Below the pieces are notes generated by a model, which was not told the origin of the DNA, did not search any database, and saw only the letters and a list, made by a program, of their open reading frames with translations. Of a stretch of DNA of 37,069 nt, positions 27,068 to 37,069 are shown piece by piece. Made by a program: the position numbers and the translations under genes. Each line of letters opens with the position of its first letter. Within the stretch, counting starts at the first letter, position 1. Origin of the DNA: a virus (taxonomy: Duplodnaviria; Heunggongvirae; Uroviricota; Caudoviricetes). Where the stretch lies: IMG/VR virus record IMGVR_UViG_2568526441_000003, one strand, 5' to 3'.

Positions 27068-28240
27068 ATGGCTCAGGATTACCACCACGGGGTGCGCGTT
27101 GTTGAAGTCAACGAAGGTACCCGATCCATTACCACGGTGAGCACCGCCATCGTGGGCATGGTCTGCACGGGCGATGATGCCGATGCAAAAATGTTTCCTC
27201 TTAATAAACCCGTGCTGATCACTGATGTGCTGACTGCCAGCGGTAAAGCGGGTGAGTCCGGCACGCTGGCCCGTTCGCTGGATGCCATCGCTGACCAGGC
27301 AAAACCCGTGACCGTTGTTGTGCGTGTGCCGCAGGGTGAAACGGAAGAAGAAACCACGACCAATATCATCGGCGCAGTGACTGCTGAAGGTAAAAAAACA
27401 GGCATGAAAGCCCTGTTATCTGCCCAGACACAGCTCGGCGTTAAACCGCGCATTCTCGGCGTGCCAGGTCACGATAACAAAGCCGTTGCGACTGAGTTGC
27501 TGAGTGTGGCGCAAAGCCTGCGTGGGTTTGCCTACCTGTCAGCGTATGGCTGCAAGACGGTACAGGAGGCGATCACTTACCGTGAAAACTTCAGCCAGCG
27601 CGAAGGAATGCTGATCTGGCCCGACTTTACTGGCTGGGACACGGTGCTGAATGCCGAAGCAACGGCATATGCCACCGCCCGTGCGCTTGGTCTGCGTGCC
27701 AAAATTGATGAGCAGACTGGGTGGCACAAAAGCCTGTCCAACGTGGGCGTGAACGGTGTCACCGGAATTTCTGCAGATGTGTTCTGGGATCTGCAGGACC
27801 CGGCAACCGATGCAGGTCTGCTGAACCAGAACGACGTCACCACGCTTGTGCGTAAAGACGGTTTCCGCTTCTGGGGTTCCCGCTGCCTGAGTGATGACCC
27901 GCTCTTTGCTTTCGAAAACTACACCCGCACGGCGCAGGTGCTGACGGACACAATGGCAGAAGCGCACATGTGGGCAGTGGACAAACCGCTGAACCCGTCG
28001 CTGGCGCGCGACATTATCGAGGGCATCCGCGCCAAAATGCGCAGCCTGGTCAGTCAGGGGTATCTCATTGGTGGTGATTGCTGGCTGGACGAGTCGGTGA
28101 ACGACAAAGACACTCTGAAAGCCGGAAAACTCACCATCGACTACGACTACACGCCAGTGCCGCCACTTGAAAATCTGATGTTGCGTCAGCGCATCACCGA
28201 TCAGTACCTGGTGAATTTCGCCAGCCAGGTCAGCGCGTAA
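27068..28240 (+). CDS. FI: tail sheath protein FI
   Basis: 390 aa; synteny and size. Confidence 0.85.
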   Translation: MAQDYHHGVRVVEVNEGTRSITTVSTAIVGMVCTGDDADAKMFPLNKPVLITDVLTASGKAGESGTLARSLDAIADQAKPVTVVVRVPQGETEEETTTNIIGAVTAEGKKTGMKALLSAQTQLGVKPRILGVPGHDNKAVATELLSVAQSLRGFAYLSAYGCKTVQEAITYRENFSQREGMLIWPDFTGWDTVLNAEATAYATARALGLRAKIDEQTGWHKSLSNVGVNGVTGISADVFWDLQDPATDAGLLNQNDVTTLVRKDGFRFWGSRCLSDDPLFAFENYTRTAQVLTDTMAEAHMWAVDKPLNPSLARDIIEGIRAKMRSLVSQGYLIGGDCWLDESVNDKDTLKAGKLTIDYDYTPVPPLENLMLRQRITDQYLVNFASQVSA

Positions 28241-28249
28241 GGGGACAAC

Positions 28250-28765
28250 ATGGCTTTACCACGCAAATTAAAACACCTGAACCTGTTTAACGACGGGAAC
28301 AACTGGCAGGGGATCGTTGAGTCGCTGACGCTGCCGAAATTCACCCGCAAATATGAGAAGTATCGCGGCGGCGGAATGCCGGGGGCAGTGGATGTGGATC
28401 TGGGGCTTGATGACAGTGCGCTGGACACAGAATTTTCCATTGGTGGTACTGAACTGCTGCTGTTTAAGCAGATGGGCAAAGCCACGGTGGATGGCATCCA
28501 GTTGCGCTTTACCGGCTCTATCCAGCGTGACGATACCGGGGAAGTGCAGGCCGTGGAGCTTGTGGTGCGTGGACGTCACAAAGAAGTGGATTCCGGTGAG
28601 TGGAAGACGGGCGAAAGTAACACCACCAAAGTGACCAGTACCAACAGCTACGCGAAGCTGACCATCAATGGTGAGGTGCTCTATGAAGTGGACCTTATCA
28701 ACATGGTGGAAATTGTGGACGGTGTGGACCTGATGGAAGCGCACCGCAACGCCCTCGGCCTCTGA
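28250..28765 (+). CDS. FII: tail tube protein FII
   Basis: 171 aa; synteny. Confidence 0.85.
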   Translation: MALPRKLKHLNLFNDGNNWQGIVESLTLPKFTRKYEKYRGGGMPGAVDVDLGLDDSALDTEFSIGGTELLLFKQMGKATVDGIQLRFTGSIQRDDTGEVQAVELVVRGRHKEVDSGEWKTGESNTTKVTSTNSYAKLTINGEVLYEVDLINMVEIVDGVDLMEAHRNALGL

Positions 28766-28819
28766 TGTATCTGAACGGCGCGGGATTCCGCGCCAGAACC
28801 CAATTTACAGGACAACAAA

Positions 28820-29122
28820 ATGAGCGATAAGCAGACTGAAAAGACCATTCAACTGGATACCCCTATCAAGCGCGGTAAAACAGAAATTACCGAAATTGTG
28901 CTGCGTAAACCGCAGTCCGGAGCGCTGCGCGGTACACGCCTGCAGGCCATTATGGATATGGATGTGAACGCGATGATGACCGTGATCCCCCGCATCTCCA
29001 GTCCGGCACTGACTGCACAGGAAATTGCAGAGATGGACCCGGCAGATCTCACTGCCATGTCGGTTGAGGTTGTCACTTTTTTGTTGAAGAAGTCGGTGCT
29101 TGCCGGTTTACCGATAGCCTGA
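28820..29122 (+). CDS. E: tail assembly chaperone E (unshifted product)
   Basis: 100-aa ORF between tube and tape-measure genes, containing the slippery heptamer. Confidence 0.7.
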   Translation: MSDKQTEKTIQLDTPIKRGKTEITEIVLRKPQSGALRGTRLQAIMDMDVNAMMTVIPRISSPALTAQEIAEMDPADLTAMSVEVVTFLLKKSVLAGLPIA

Positions 29123-29256
29123 CGGTTGACGATCTGGTGGCTGATATCGCCACCATCTTTCACTGGCCGCCATCCGTTACTGACGTTATGCCGCTGACCG
29201 AAGTGCTGGAATGGCGGTATAAAGCGATTCAGAGAAGCGGGGCCAACGATGAGTGA
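28820..29256 (+). CDS. E+E' tail assembly chaperone, predicted -1 programmed frameshift product
   Basis: After a -1 slip at TTTTTTG (29077..29083) the alternative frame stays open to TGA at 29254..29256, overlapping the T start; by hand translation this gives about 145 aa. Confidence 0.55.
29077..29083 (+). other. slippery heptamer TTTTTTG (programmed -1 frameshift site)
   Basis: Read directly; same heptamer and gene position as the P2 E/E' frameshift, analogous to lambda G/GT. Confidence 0.6.
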
Positions 29257-32200
29257 TAATAACCTGCGCCTGCAGGTCATTCTTAATGCGGTTGACAAAC
29301 TCACCCGCCCATTCCGTGCTGCACAGGCCAGTTCGAAAGAGCTGGCTGGCGCAATTCAGAATACCCGAAACAGCCTCAAAGAACTGAATAAGCAGGCTGG
29401 CAGAATTGATGAATTTCGCAAGACGCGCTCGCAACTAGCCATAACAGCCAACAACCTGAACGCAGCCCGCGAAGAGGCGGCAAAACTCGCCACACAATTT
29501 GCTGCCACTAACAGGCCAACCGCCGCGCAGGCAAAGTTATTCAGTCAGGCCAAAACACGAGTACAGGAACTTCAGCAGACCTATAACGGCTTGTTGGGGG
29601 CGGTCCAGAGACAACGTCAGGCACTTAAAGAATCAGGGATTGATACCAGACAACTCAGTAGTGCCCAGCGAGAACTTAAGAAAAATGCTGAAGAAACAAG
29701 GCAGGCACTGGAGGGCCAGCAAAAAGCACTTAAACGTCTGGGTGAACAACAGGCACGGATGAACGCTGCCAGAGAACAATACTCAAGACGGCTTGAAGTG
29801 CGCGATCGCATCGCAGGAGCCGGAGCCACTACCACGGCTGCAGGGCTGGCAATGGGTGCGCCAGTGATGGCGGCAGTAAAAAGCTATACCAGCATGGAAG
29901 ATGCCATGAAAGGTGTGGCAAAGCAGGTCAATGGTCTGCGTGACGATAATGGCAACCGCACTGCACGTTTTTATGAAATGCAGGATGCCATCAAGGCTGC
30001 CAGCGAACAGTTGCCGATGGAAAACGGTGCGGTGGACTTCGCTGCACTGGTTGAAGGTGGTGCGCGCATGAACGTCGCAAACCCTGACGACAGCTGGGAA
30101 GACCAGAAACGTGACCTGCTGGCCTTCGCCAGTACGGCAGCAAAGGCGGCAACAGCCTTTGAGCTGCCAGCGGATGAACTGTCAGAAAGTCTGGGGAAAA
30201 TCGCCCAGCTCTACAAAATACCTACCCGCAATATTGAACAGCTCGGCGATGCGCTGAACTATCTGGATGATAACGCCATGTCGAAAGGGGCGGACATCAT
30301 TGATGTTATGCAACGTCTGGGCGGTGTGGCTGACCGTCTGGATTATCGTAAAGCGGCGGCACTGGGGTCCACCTTTCTGACACTGGGCGCTGCGCCGGAG
30401 GTTGCAGCCAGTGCAGCAAACGCGATGGTGCGTGAATTGTCCATTGCCACCATGCAAAGCAAGAGTTTCTTTGAAGGGATGAATCTGCTGAAACTCAATC
30501 CTGAAGTGATTGAAAAGCAGATGACGAAGGATGCGATGGGAACTATCCAGCGTGTGCTGGAGAAGGTGAACGCACTGCCGCAGGACAAGCGTCTGTCTGC
30601 CATGACCATGTTGTTTGGTAAAGAGTTTGGTGATGATGCAGCGAAACTGGCAAACAACCTTCCGGAACTGCAGCGCCAGCTAAAACTGACAGCGGGCAAT
30701 GATGCGCTCGGTTCCATGCAGAAAGAATCCGACATCAACAAGGACTCACTTTCCGCTCAGTGGTTGCTGGTCAAAACCGGAGCGCAGAACACCTTCAGCA
30801 GCCTGGGCGAAACGCTGCGCCAGCCGCTGATGGATATTCTGTACACGGTAAAAAGCATCACGGGGGCGTTGCGCCGCTGGGTGGAAGCTAACCCGGAACT
30901 GACAGGCACACTGATGAAAGTAGCGGCTGTTGTGGCTGCGGTTACCGTAGGCCTCGGCACCTTAGCGGTGGCGCTGGCTGCAGTGCTGGGGCCGCTGGCA
31001 GTCATCCGTCTGGGATTCTCTGTGCTGGGTATCAAAACGTTACCTTCCGTTACGGCAGCAGTAACACGAACCAGCAGCGCGTTGTCCTGGTTAGCTGGCG
31101 CTCCACTGGCACTGCTGCGACGCGGGCTTGCTTCATCGGGCAACGCAGCGGGTTTACTTACTGCGCCGTTGTCGTCTTTGCGCCGCACCGCATCACTGAC
31201 GGGGAATGTCCTGAAAACTGTAGCAGGTGTGCCGGTTGCACTGTTGCGGTCTGGATTATCCGGTTTACGTGCTGTTGCTATGATGTTTATGAATCCACTG
31301 GCAGCACTACGCGGTGGACTGGCTGCCGCAGGCGCGGTGCTGCGAGTACTGGCATCCGGTCCGCTGGCGATGCTGCGCGTTGCCCTGTATGCCATATCTG
31401 GTCTGTTAGGTGCTCTGCTCAGTCCGATAGGTCTTGTGGTTACTGCACTGGCGGGCGTGGCGCTGGTTGTCTGGAAATACTGGCAACCCATCACCGCATT
31501 TCTCGCTGGTGTGGTGGAAGGATTCAAAGCGGCGGCAGGTCCTATCAGTGCTGCATTCGAACCACTTAAGCCTGTGTTTCAGTGGATTGGCGACAAAGTG
31601 CAGGCGCTGTGGGGCTGGTTTACTGATCTGCTGACGCCCGTTAAGTCGACCTCTGCCGAACTGCAGAGCGCAGCGGCAATGGGGCGACGATTCGGGGAGG
31701 CACTGGCGGAAGGGCTGAATATGGTCATGCATCCGCTGGACTCCCTGAAATCCGGCGTTTCCTGGTTGCTGGAGAAACTCGGCATTGTCAGTAAAGAGGC
31801 TGCAAAGGCGAAACTGCCGGAAAGCGTGACGCGTCAGCAACCTGCGACGGTGAATGCAGACGGTAAAGTGATGATGCCATCGGGTGGTTTTCCGTCATGG
31901 GGATATGGCTTTGCGGGGATGTATGACAGCGGCGGCTATATCCCGCGCGGGCAGTTTGGCATCGTCGGTGAAAACGGGCCGGAAATTGTTAACGGCCCGG
32001 CAAATGTGACCAGCCGGAGAAATACAGCTGCACTGGCTGCCGTTGTTGCCGGAATGATGGGCGTTGCTGCCGCGCCAGCAGAGCTTCCACCGTTGCACCC
32101 TTTGGCACTTCCCGCGAAAGGTGGAGAAGCAATTGTGAGTCGCGCAGCCACTGTGCCGCCCGTTTACAGGATTGAGGCACCGACGCAGATCATCATCCAG

Positions 32201-32326
32201 ACGCAGCCAGGACAAAGTGCGCAGGATATTGCGCGGGAGGTGGCCCGCCAGCTTGATGAACGTGAACGCAGGCTGAAGGCAAAAGCCAGGAGTAACTACA
32301 GCGATCAGGGGGGATACGACGCATGA
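29249..32326 (+). CDS. T: tail tape measure protein T
   Basis: 1025 aa, coiled-coil-rich N-terminal half, hydrophobic central segment; synteny. Confidence 0.9.
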   Translation: MSDNNLRLQVILNAVDKLTRPFRAAQASSKELAGAIQNTRNSLKELNKQAGRIDEFRKTRSQLAITANNLNAAREEAAKLATQFAATNRPTAAQAKLFSQAKTRVQELQQTYNGLLGAVQRQRQALKESGIDTRQLSSAQRELKKNAEETRQALEGQQKALKRLGEQQARMNAAREQYSRRLEVRDRIAGAGATTTAAGLAMGAPVMAAVKSYTSMEDAMKGVAKQVNGLRDDNGNRTARFYEMQDAIKAASEQLPMENGAVDFAALVEGGARMNVANPDDSWEDQKRDLLAFASTAAKAATAFELPADELSESLGKIAQLYKIPTRNIEQLGDALNYLDDNAMSKGADIIDVMQRLGGVADRLDYRKAAALGSTFLTLGAAPEVAASAANAMVRELSIATMQSKSFFEGMNLLKLNPEVIEKQMTKDAMGTIQRVLEKVNALPQDKRLSAMTMLFGKEFGDDAAKLANNLPELQRQLKLTAGNDALGSMQKESDINKDSLSAQWLLVKTGAQNTFSSLGETLRQPLMDILYTVKSITGALRRWVEANPELTGTLMKVAAVVAAVTVGLGTLAVALAAVLGPLAVIRLGFSVLGIKTLPSVTAAVTRTSSALSWLAGAPLALLRRGLASSGNAAGLLTAPLSSLRRTASLTGNVLKTVAGVPVALLRSGLSGLRAVAMMFMNPLAALRGGLAAAGAVLRVLASGPLAMLRVALYAISGLLGALLSPIGLVVTALAGVALVVWKYWQPITAFLAGVVEGFKAAAGPISAAFEPLKPVFQWIGDKVQALWGWFTDLLTPVKSTSAELQSAAAMGRRFGEALAEGLNMVMHPLDSLKSGVSWLLEKLGIVSKEAAKAKLPESVTRQQPATVNADGKVMMPSGGFPSWGYGFAGMYDSGGYIPRGQFGIVGENGPEIVNGPANVTSRRNTAALAAVVAGMMGVAAAPAELPPLHPLALPAKGGEAIVSRAATVPPVYRIEAPTQIIIQTQPGQSAQDIAREVARQLDERERRLKAKARSNYSDQGGYDA

Positions 32327-32808
32327 TGATGGTGCTGGGATTGTACGTGTTTATGCTGCGCACCGTTCCGTATCAGGAACTGCAGTATCAACGCAGCTGG
32401 CGACATGCGGCAAACAGCCGGGTAAACCGTCGTCCGTCCACGCAGTTTCTGGGACCGGACAACGACATGCTGACGCTTTCTGGTGTTCTTATGCCGGAGA
32501 TAACGGGCGGCAGGCTGTCGTTGCTGGCTCTGGAGCAGATGGCAGAACAGGGAAAAGCATGGCCCCTGATTGAAGGCAGCGGCACGATTTACGGCATGTA
32601 TGTGATTGAGGGACTGAATCTGACTGAAACGGAGTTTTTCCGCGACGGTATGCCGCGCCGGATTGAGTTCTCCCTGTCGCTCAAACGGGTGGATGAATCC
32701 CTGTCCGATATGTTCGGTGATCTCAGTACGCAGCTGAATAATCTGCAGGACACGGCAACATCTGCCTTAAGTGATATCAGTAAAACGGTGGGAGGGCTGC
32801 TGTCGTGA
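32323..32808 (+). CDS. U: tail protein U
   Basis: 161 aa; synteny. Confidence 0.8.
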   Translation: MMMVLGLYVFMLRTVPYQELQYQRSWRHAANSRVNRRPSTQFLGPDNDMLTLSGVLMPEITGGRLSLLALEQMAEQGKAWPLIEGSGTIYGMYVIEGLNLTETEFFRDGMPRRIEFSLSLKRVDESLSDMFGDLSTQLNNLQDTATSALSDISKTVGGLLS

Positions 32809-33905
32809 ATTTCAGCTCTGAACTGCTTAACAAAGGCAACAAAACTCCCGCATTCAGCATCAGTATTGAGGGCAGGGATATCACCACTGTGCTGGATAAC
32901 CGCCTGATGAGTTTGACTCTGACGGACAATCGGGGCTTTGAAGCGGACCAGCTTGATCTGGAGCTGGACGACGCCGACGGAAAAATCGTGCTGCCGCGCC
33001 GTGGTGCGGTCATTACGCTGGCGCTGGGCTGGAAGGGGCAGCCGCTTTTCCCTAAAGGGGCATTCACGGTGGACGAGATTGAACACACTGGCGCACCGGA
33101 CCGCCTGACTATCCGGGCGCGAAGTGCTGATTTTCGGGAAACGCTGAATACCCGTCGTGAAAAGTCGTGGCACAAGACCACCGTCGGGGAAGTGGTGAAG
33201 GAAATAGCCGCGCGGCACAAGCTGAAGATGGCACTGGGTAAAGACCTGTCGGATAAGCCCGTGGTACATATAGACCAGACCAATGAGAGTGACGGCAGTT
33301 TTCTGATGCGGCTGGCGCGCCAGTACGGTGCTATTGCGTCGGTGAAAAATGGCAATCTGTTATTCGTCCGGCAGGGACAGGGCAAAAGCGCCAGCGGTAA
33401 ACCTCTGCCGGTGATCACTATCACACGCAAGGACGGCGACAGTCACCGCTTTACCCTGGCAGATCGCGGAGCCTATACGGGCGTAATTGCCAGTTGGTTG
33501 CATACCCGCGAACCCGCGAAGAAAGAAAGCACCACGGTGAAGCGTAAGCGCAGGACCGCAAAGCAGAAGAAAGAGCCGGAAGCGAAGCAGGGCGATTACC
33601 TGGTGGGTACGGATGAAAACGTGCTGGTACTTAATCGCACCTATGCTAATCGGAGTAACGCCGAACGGGCAGCGAAAATGCAGTGGGAACGCCTGCAACG
33701 CGGCGTTGCGTCATTCTCGCTACAACTGGCGGAAGGGCGGGCAGATCTCTACACGGAAATGCCAGTGAAAGTCAGTGGCTTTAAACAGCCGATAGATGAT
33801 GCGGAATGGAGCATTACGACTCTGACGCATACCGTCAGCCCGGATAACGGTTTTACGACCAGTCTGGAGCTTGAAGTGAGGATTGATGATTTCGAAATGG
33901 AATGA
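32805..33905 (+). CDS. D: tail protein D
   Basis: 366 aa; synteny. Confidence 0.8.
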   Translation: MNFSSELLNKGNKTPAFSISIEGRDITTVLDNRLMSLTLTDNRGFEADQLDLELDDADGKIVLPRRGAVITLALGWKGQPLFPKGAFTVDEIEHTGAPDRLTIRARSADFRETLNTRREKSWHKTTVGEVVKEIAARHKLKMALGKDLSDKPVVHIDQTNESDGSFLMRLARQYGAIASVKNGNLLFVRQGQGKSASGKPLPVITITRKDGDSHRFTLADRGAYTGVIASWLHTREPAKKESTTVKRKRRTAKQKKEPEAKQGDYLVGTDENVLVLNRTYANRSNAERAAKMQWERLQRGVASFSLQLAEGRADLYTEMPVKVSGFKQPIDDAEWSITTLTHTVSPDNGFTTSLELEVRIDDFEME

Positions 33906-33995
33906 TTCTTCGCAATGGAGAACTTTTAAGTTTGCAAAATGGAATAATGCGGTATCATTATTGTGAATTTAGCAAAAATGGGGAGAACTCGAAAA

Positions 33996-34214
33996 ATGAT
34001 GATTTGCCCACTGTGTGGAAGTGCCGCCCATACTCGCAGCAGTTTTCAGGTATCTTCATTGACCAAAGAGCGTTACAACCAGTGCCAGAACATTAACTGC
34101 AGCCATACTTTTGTTACCCATGAAACTTTTGTTCGTTCGATTGCAACGCCAAAAGAGTCAAATCCGGTTCAGCCGCATCCAATGAAATCAGGACAGGTGG
34201 CGCTCTCTCTTTGA
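33996..34214 (+). CDS. ogr: late gene activator Ogr/B (zinc-finger transcription factor)
   Basis: 72 aa from ATG 33996; CPLCGSAAH...YNQCQNINCSHTF gives the C-x2-C-N22-C-x4-C pattern of Ogr/Delta/186 B; last phage gene before the host junction. Confidence 0.85.
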   Translation: MMICPLCGSAAHTRSSFQVSSLTKERYNQCQNINCSHTFVTHETFVRSIATPKESNPVQPHPMKSGQVALSL

Positions 34215-34449
34215 CGCTGCCGCCATTTTGCCGCCATCGTTAAAAAACAGTGCTTTTAACATCATGATTTTAAACAGCATAAATTTCAGGCAACAAAAAA
34301 CCCACCAACCTTGAACCGAAATGGCGGGGTTGATGGGCTCCACAAAATGGGGACATCAAAGAAAAGCAGTGGCACTAATTAAGACTGATGCCCTGCGGAA
34401 AAGTTCTGCGGTTGTGCAAAAAAATTTCATTTTCAGGGCAACTTCAGTT

Positions 34450-36135
34450 TTATCCTAATCCTGGCCATACCATGACGATGATTGTCCCTGCTAGCGTCAG
34501 CAGGACGTTGGCGATTGCATAGGTGCCCGCATAGCCCAGCGCCGGGATGTTACTGCGAGCTGTATCACTGATGATCTCCATTGCCGGCGCGCAGGTGCGT
34601 GCGCCCATCATTGCGCCGAACAACAGTGCGCGGTTCATTCGCAATACATAAGCACCGAACAAGAAGCAGATAACCACTGGCACCAGACTGACAATCAATC
34701 CGGCAATCAACATTTGACCGCCAATCGCGCCCAGGCCGTTATTAATACCGCTACCGGCGCTCAGACCAACGCCTGCCATAAACACCATCAAGCCGAACTC
34801 TTTCACCATGCTTAATGCACCTTGCGGAATGTAACCGAAGGTCGGGTGGTTAGCACGCATAAAGCCCAGCATAATTCCGGCGAATAACAACCCGGCAGCG
34901 TTCCCCATGCCGAAACTGAATGTGCTGAACTGGAAGGTGATCATCCCGATCATCAGCCCAATAACAAAGAAGGCGCAGAATGCCAGCAAGTCAGTGACCT
35001 GGCTGTGAATCGAGATAAAGCCGATGCGATCGGCGATGGTTTTTACGCGACGGGCATCGCCGCTGACTTGTAAAACGTCACCTTTGTTAAGCACGACGTT
35101 GTCATCAATCGGCATCTCAATCTGGCTACGAATGACGCGGTTAAGGAAGCAACCGTGATCGGTCAACTTCAGTTGTGCGAGACGTTTGCCTACAGCGTTA
35201 TGGTTTTTAACGACCACTTCTTCAGTGACGATACGCATGTCGAGAAGGTCACGATCGAAAACTTCTTTGCCATTACGGAAACTGGGATCGAGTCGGGCGT
35301 GGGCGTCGGGGTAGCCTACCAACGCTATTTCATCGCCCATTTGTAGCACGGCATCACCGTCTGGATTTGCCAGAATCCCGTTACGCCGAATACGTTCAAT
35401 GTAACAGCCAGTTTGTCGATAAATACCCAGTTCACGCAGATTTTTGCCGTCGGTCCAGGCCACCAGCTCCGGGCCGACGCGGTAGGCGCGGATCACCGGT
35501 AAATAAACCTTACGGTTGGCATCAGTGTCCAGGCCACGTTCGCGGGCGATTTGCTGGGCGCTGGTCTGTAAGTCCTGATGCTGCAATTTCGGCAAGTAAC
35601 GCGCACCAACAATCAAACTCACCAGACCGATTAAATAGGTTAAGGCATATCCGAGGCTCAGATTATCCAGCGCCAGTGAGAGCTGCCTGCTTTCCATACC
35701 GGAATGACGCAGTGTATCGCCAGCACCGACCAAAACCGGTGTTGACGTCATAGAGCCTGCTAACATACCGGCCGTCAGGCCAATATCCCAGCCAAACAGC
35801 TTACCTAACCCTAAGGCGATGACCAGCGCACTGCCAACCATCACCAGTGCTAACATTAGGTAATTTTTCCCATCGCGAAAAAAAATGGAAAAAAAGTTCG
35901 GTCCGGCTTCGACCCCGACGCAGAAAATAAACAGCATAAAGCCAAGATTAAGCGCGTCGGTGTTAATGCTGAAATGTTGTTGGCCTAATAACAGCGATAC
36001 GACTAAAACGCCAATGGAATTACCCAGTTGGATCGAACCAAGTCGTAATTTCCCGAGACATAGCCCAAGCGCGAGGACCACAAATAATAACAGAATGTAA
36101 TTCCCATTTAACAATTCGGCGACGTTTATATTCAC
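34450..36135 (-). CDS. ybjL: putative transport protein YbjL (AAE-family, two TrkA-C domains); host gene
   Basis: 561-aa membrane protein recognised as E. coli YbjL; adjacent ybjM and grxA match the K-12 gene order. Confidence 0.85.
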
Positions 36136-36404
36136 GGAGGCTAACTTCTTGTTTACTAGTAAGCTGTTGAAAGAAATGGTAATTTACGATAATGTTTTTT
36201 ACCAGAATTCAGGGCGCAGATTCATTCAGCGCACCTAAACGATAGTAAAGTAACAATATATTTTACTAGTGTAATCACATTAGGTATCAACGGCTATATG
36301 AATTGCGTTGGCCTATATTAGCATGGAATGCGAAGCGGCTTTATCTTACTGAACGCCACACTGGCGAAAAATGTGTTCGATAGACGCAGTGTCAGGAGGA
36401 ACGA

Positions 36405-36782
36405 GTGAAACATAAACAACGTTGGGCGGGGGCAATCTGCTGTTTTGTCCTCTTCATTGTGGTGTGCCTTTTTCTGGCGACGCACATGAAAGGCGCTTTT
36501 CGGGCTGCCGGGCATCCTGAAATCGGCTTGCTGTTTTTCATTCTTCCTGGAGCAGTTGCCAGCTTCTTTTCACAGCGTAGAGAAGTCCTGAAACCTCTGT
36601 TTGGCGCAATGCTGGCGGCACCCTGTTCAATGCTTATTATGCGGCTGTTTTTTTCACCGACGCGCTCATTCTGGCAAGAGCTGGCATGGTTATTAAGTGC
36701 GGTGTTCTGGTGTGCGCTGGGGGCACTGTGTTTCTTATTTATCAGTAGTTTGTTTAAACCACAGCACAGAAAAAATCAATAA
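36405..36782 (+). CDS. ybjM: inner membrane protein YbjM; host gene
   Basis: 125-aa hydrophobic protein; synteny between ybjL and grxA. Confidence 0.8.
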   Translation: MKHKQRWAGAICCFVLFIVVCLFLATHMKGAFRAAGHPEIGLLFFILPGAVASFFSQRREVLKPLFGAMLAAPCSMLIMRLFFSPTRSFWQELAWLLSAVFWCALGALCFLFISSLFKPQHRKNQ

Positions 36783-36783
36783 A

Positions 36784-36800
36784 GCCCTCAACGCGAGGGC
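36784..36800. terminator. shared hairpin terminator between convergent ybjM and grxA
   Basis: GCCCTC-AACGC-GAGGGC; on the minus strand it is followed by a T-rich tract (plus-strand AAAAAATCAATAAA upstream). Confidence 0.6.
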
Positions 36801-36811
36801 TTGTCAGACGA

Positions 36812-37069
36812 TCAGGCGTCCAGATTCTCTTTCACCCATGCAGCAAAATCGGTATAGCCGCCGATATGTTGCTGATCGACAAAAATCTGCGGCACGGTTT
36901 CTACGGGTTTACCTGCCTTTTGTTGTAGATCTTCTTTAGTGATCCCTTCCGCACGAATATCTACATACTGATACTGAAAATCATCGCGTTCATTGCTCAA
37001 TTTCTCAGCCAGATCTTTTGCACGCACACAGTAAGGGCAACCCGGACGACCAAAAATAACGGTTTGCAT
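36812..37069 (-). CDS. grxA: glutaredoxin 1
   Basis: 85 aa with CPYC active site (MQTVIFGRPGCPYCVRAK...); start codon is the last three bases of the window. Confidence 0.9.
   Translation of the reverse strand: MQTVIFGRPGCPYCVRAKDLAEKLSNERDDFQYQYVDIRAEGITKEDLQQKAGKPVETVPQIFVDQQHIGGYTDFAAWVKENLDA

Larger units (their letters stand above)
1..34449. mobile_element. P2/186-family temperate prophage; left att site lies beyond the window start, right att site within about 34215..34449
   Basis: Canonical P2-family gene order in prophage orientation (int, cI, apl, cII, A, Q, P, O, N, M, L, X, Y, K, lysABC, R, S, V, W, J, I, H, G, FI, FII, E, T, U, D, ogr), then host ybjL. Right boundary is approximate. 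Confidence 0.9.

Noticed and set aside
34215-34330. Imperfect inverted repeat ACCCACCAACC...GGTTGATGGG near the host junction as the att core
   Set aside because: Contains a mismatch and cannot be validated without the attL copy, which is outside the window.
1-37069. CRISPR array, tRNA/rRNA genes, IS elements or transposases
   Set aside because: No regularly spaced direct repeats, no cloverleaf-like structures at the junction, no transposase-like ORF and no terminal inverted repeats flanking the AT-rich inserts.

Overview
The window holds an almost complete P2/186-family temperate prophage (about 1..34449) followed by E. coli host genes ybjL, ybjM and grxA (34450..37069). The prophage runs from a tyrosine integrase at the left edge (attL lies outside the window) through a 186-type lysogeny switch (CI, pR, Apl, CII), an early replication operon (small ORFs, TraR/DksA-like zinc finger, Dam methyltransferase, replication initiator A), a LexA-box-controlled small-ORF/DinI-like module, then the capsid, lysis and tail genes ending in ogr. 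Gene names are assigned by synteny and by resemblance to P2/186 proteins as I recall them; no database search was run. The conserved backbone is GC-rich and is interrupted by three visibly AT-rich cargo insertions (composition judged by eye, not computed). The first is a membrane-anchored coiled-coil T5orf172 (GIY-YIG-like) protein inside the cI-int lysogenic operon (1136..2812). The second is a divergent pair flanking a candidate cos site: an unrecognisable 352-aa ORF (9355..10413) and a DUF262/DUF1524 GmrSD-like putative type IV restriction enzyme (10947..12728). The third is a 268-aa multi-pass membrane protein wedged between tail genes S and V (21457..22263). The 352-aa ORF and the S/V membrane protein are the best candidates for undescribed anti-phage or exclusion functions. 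No CRISPR array, tRNA, rRNA or transposase was seen.
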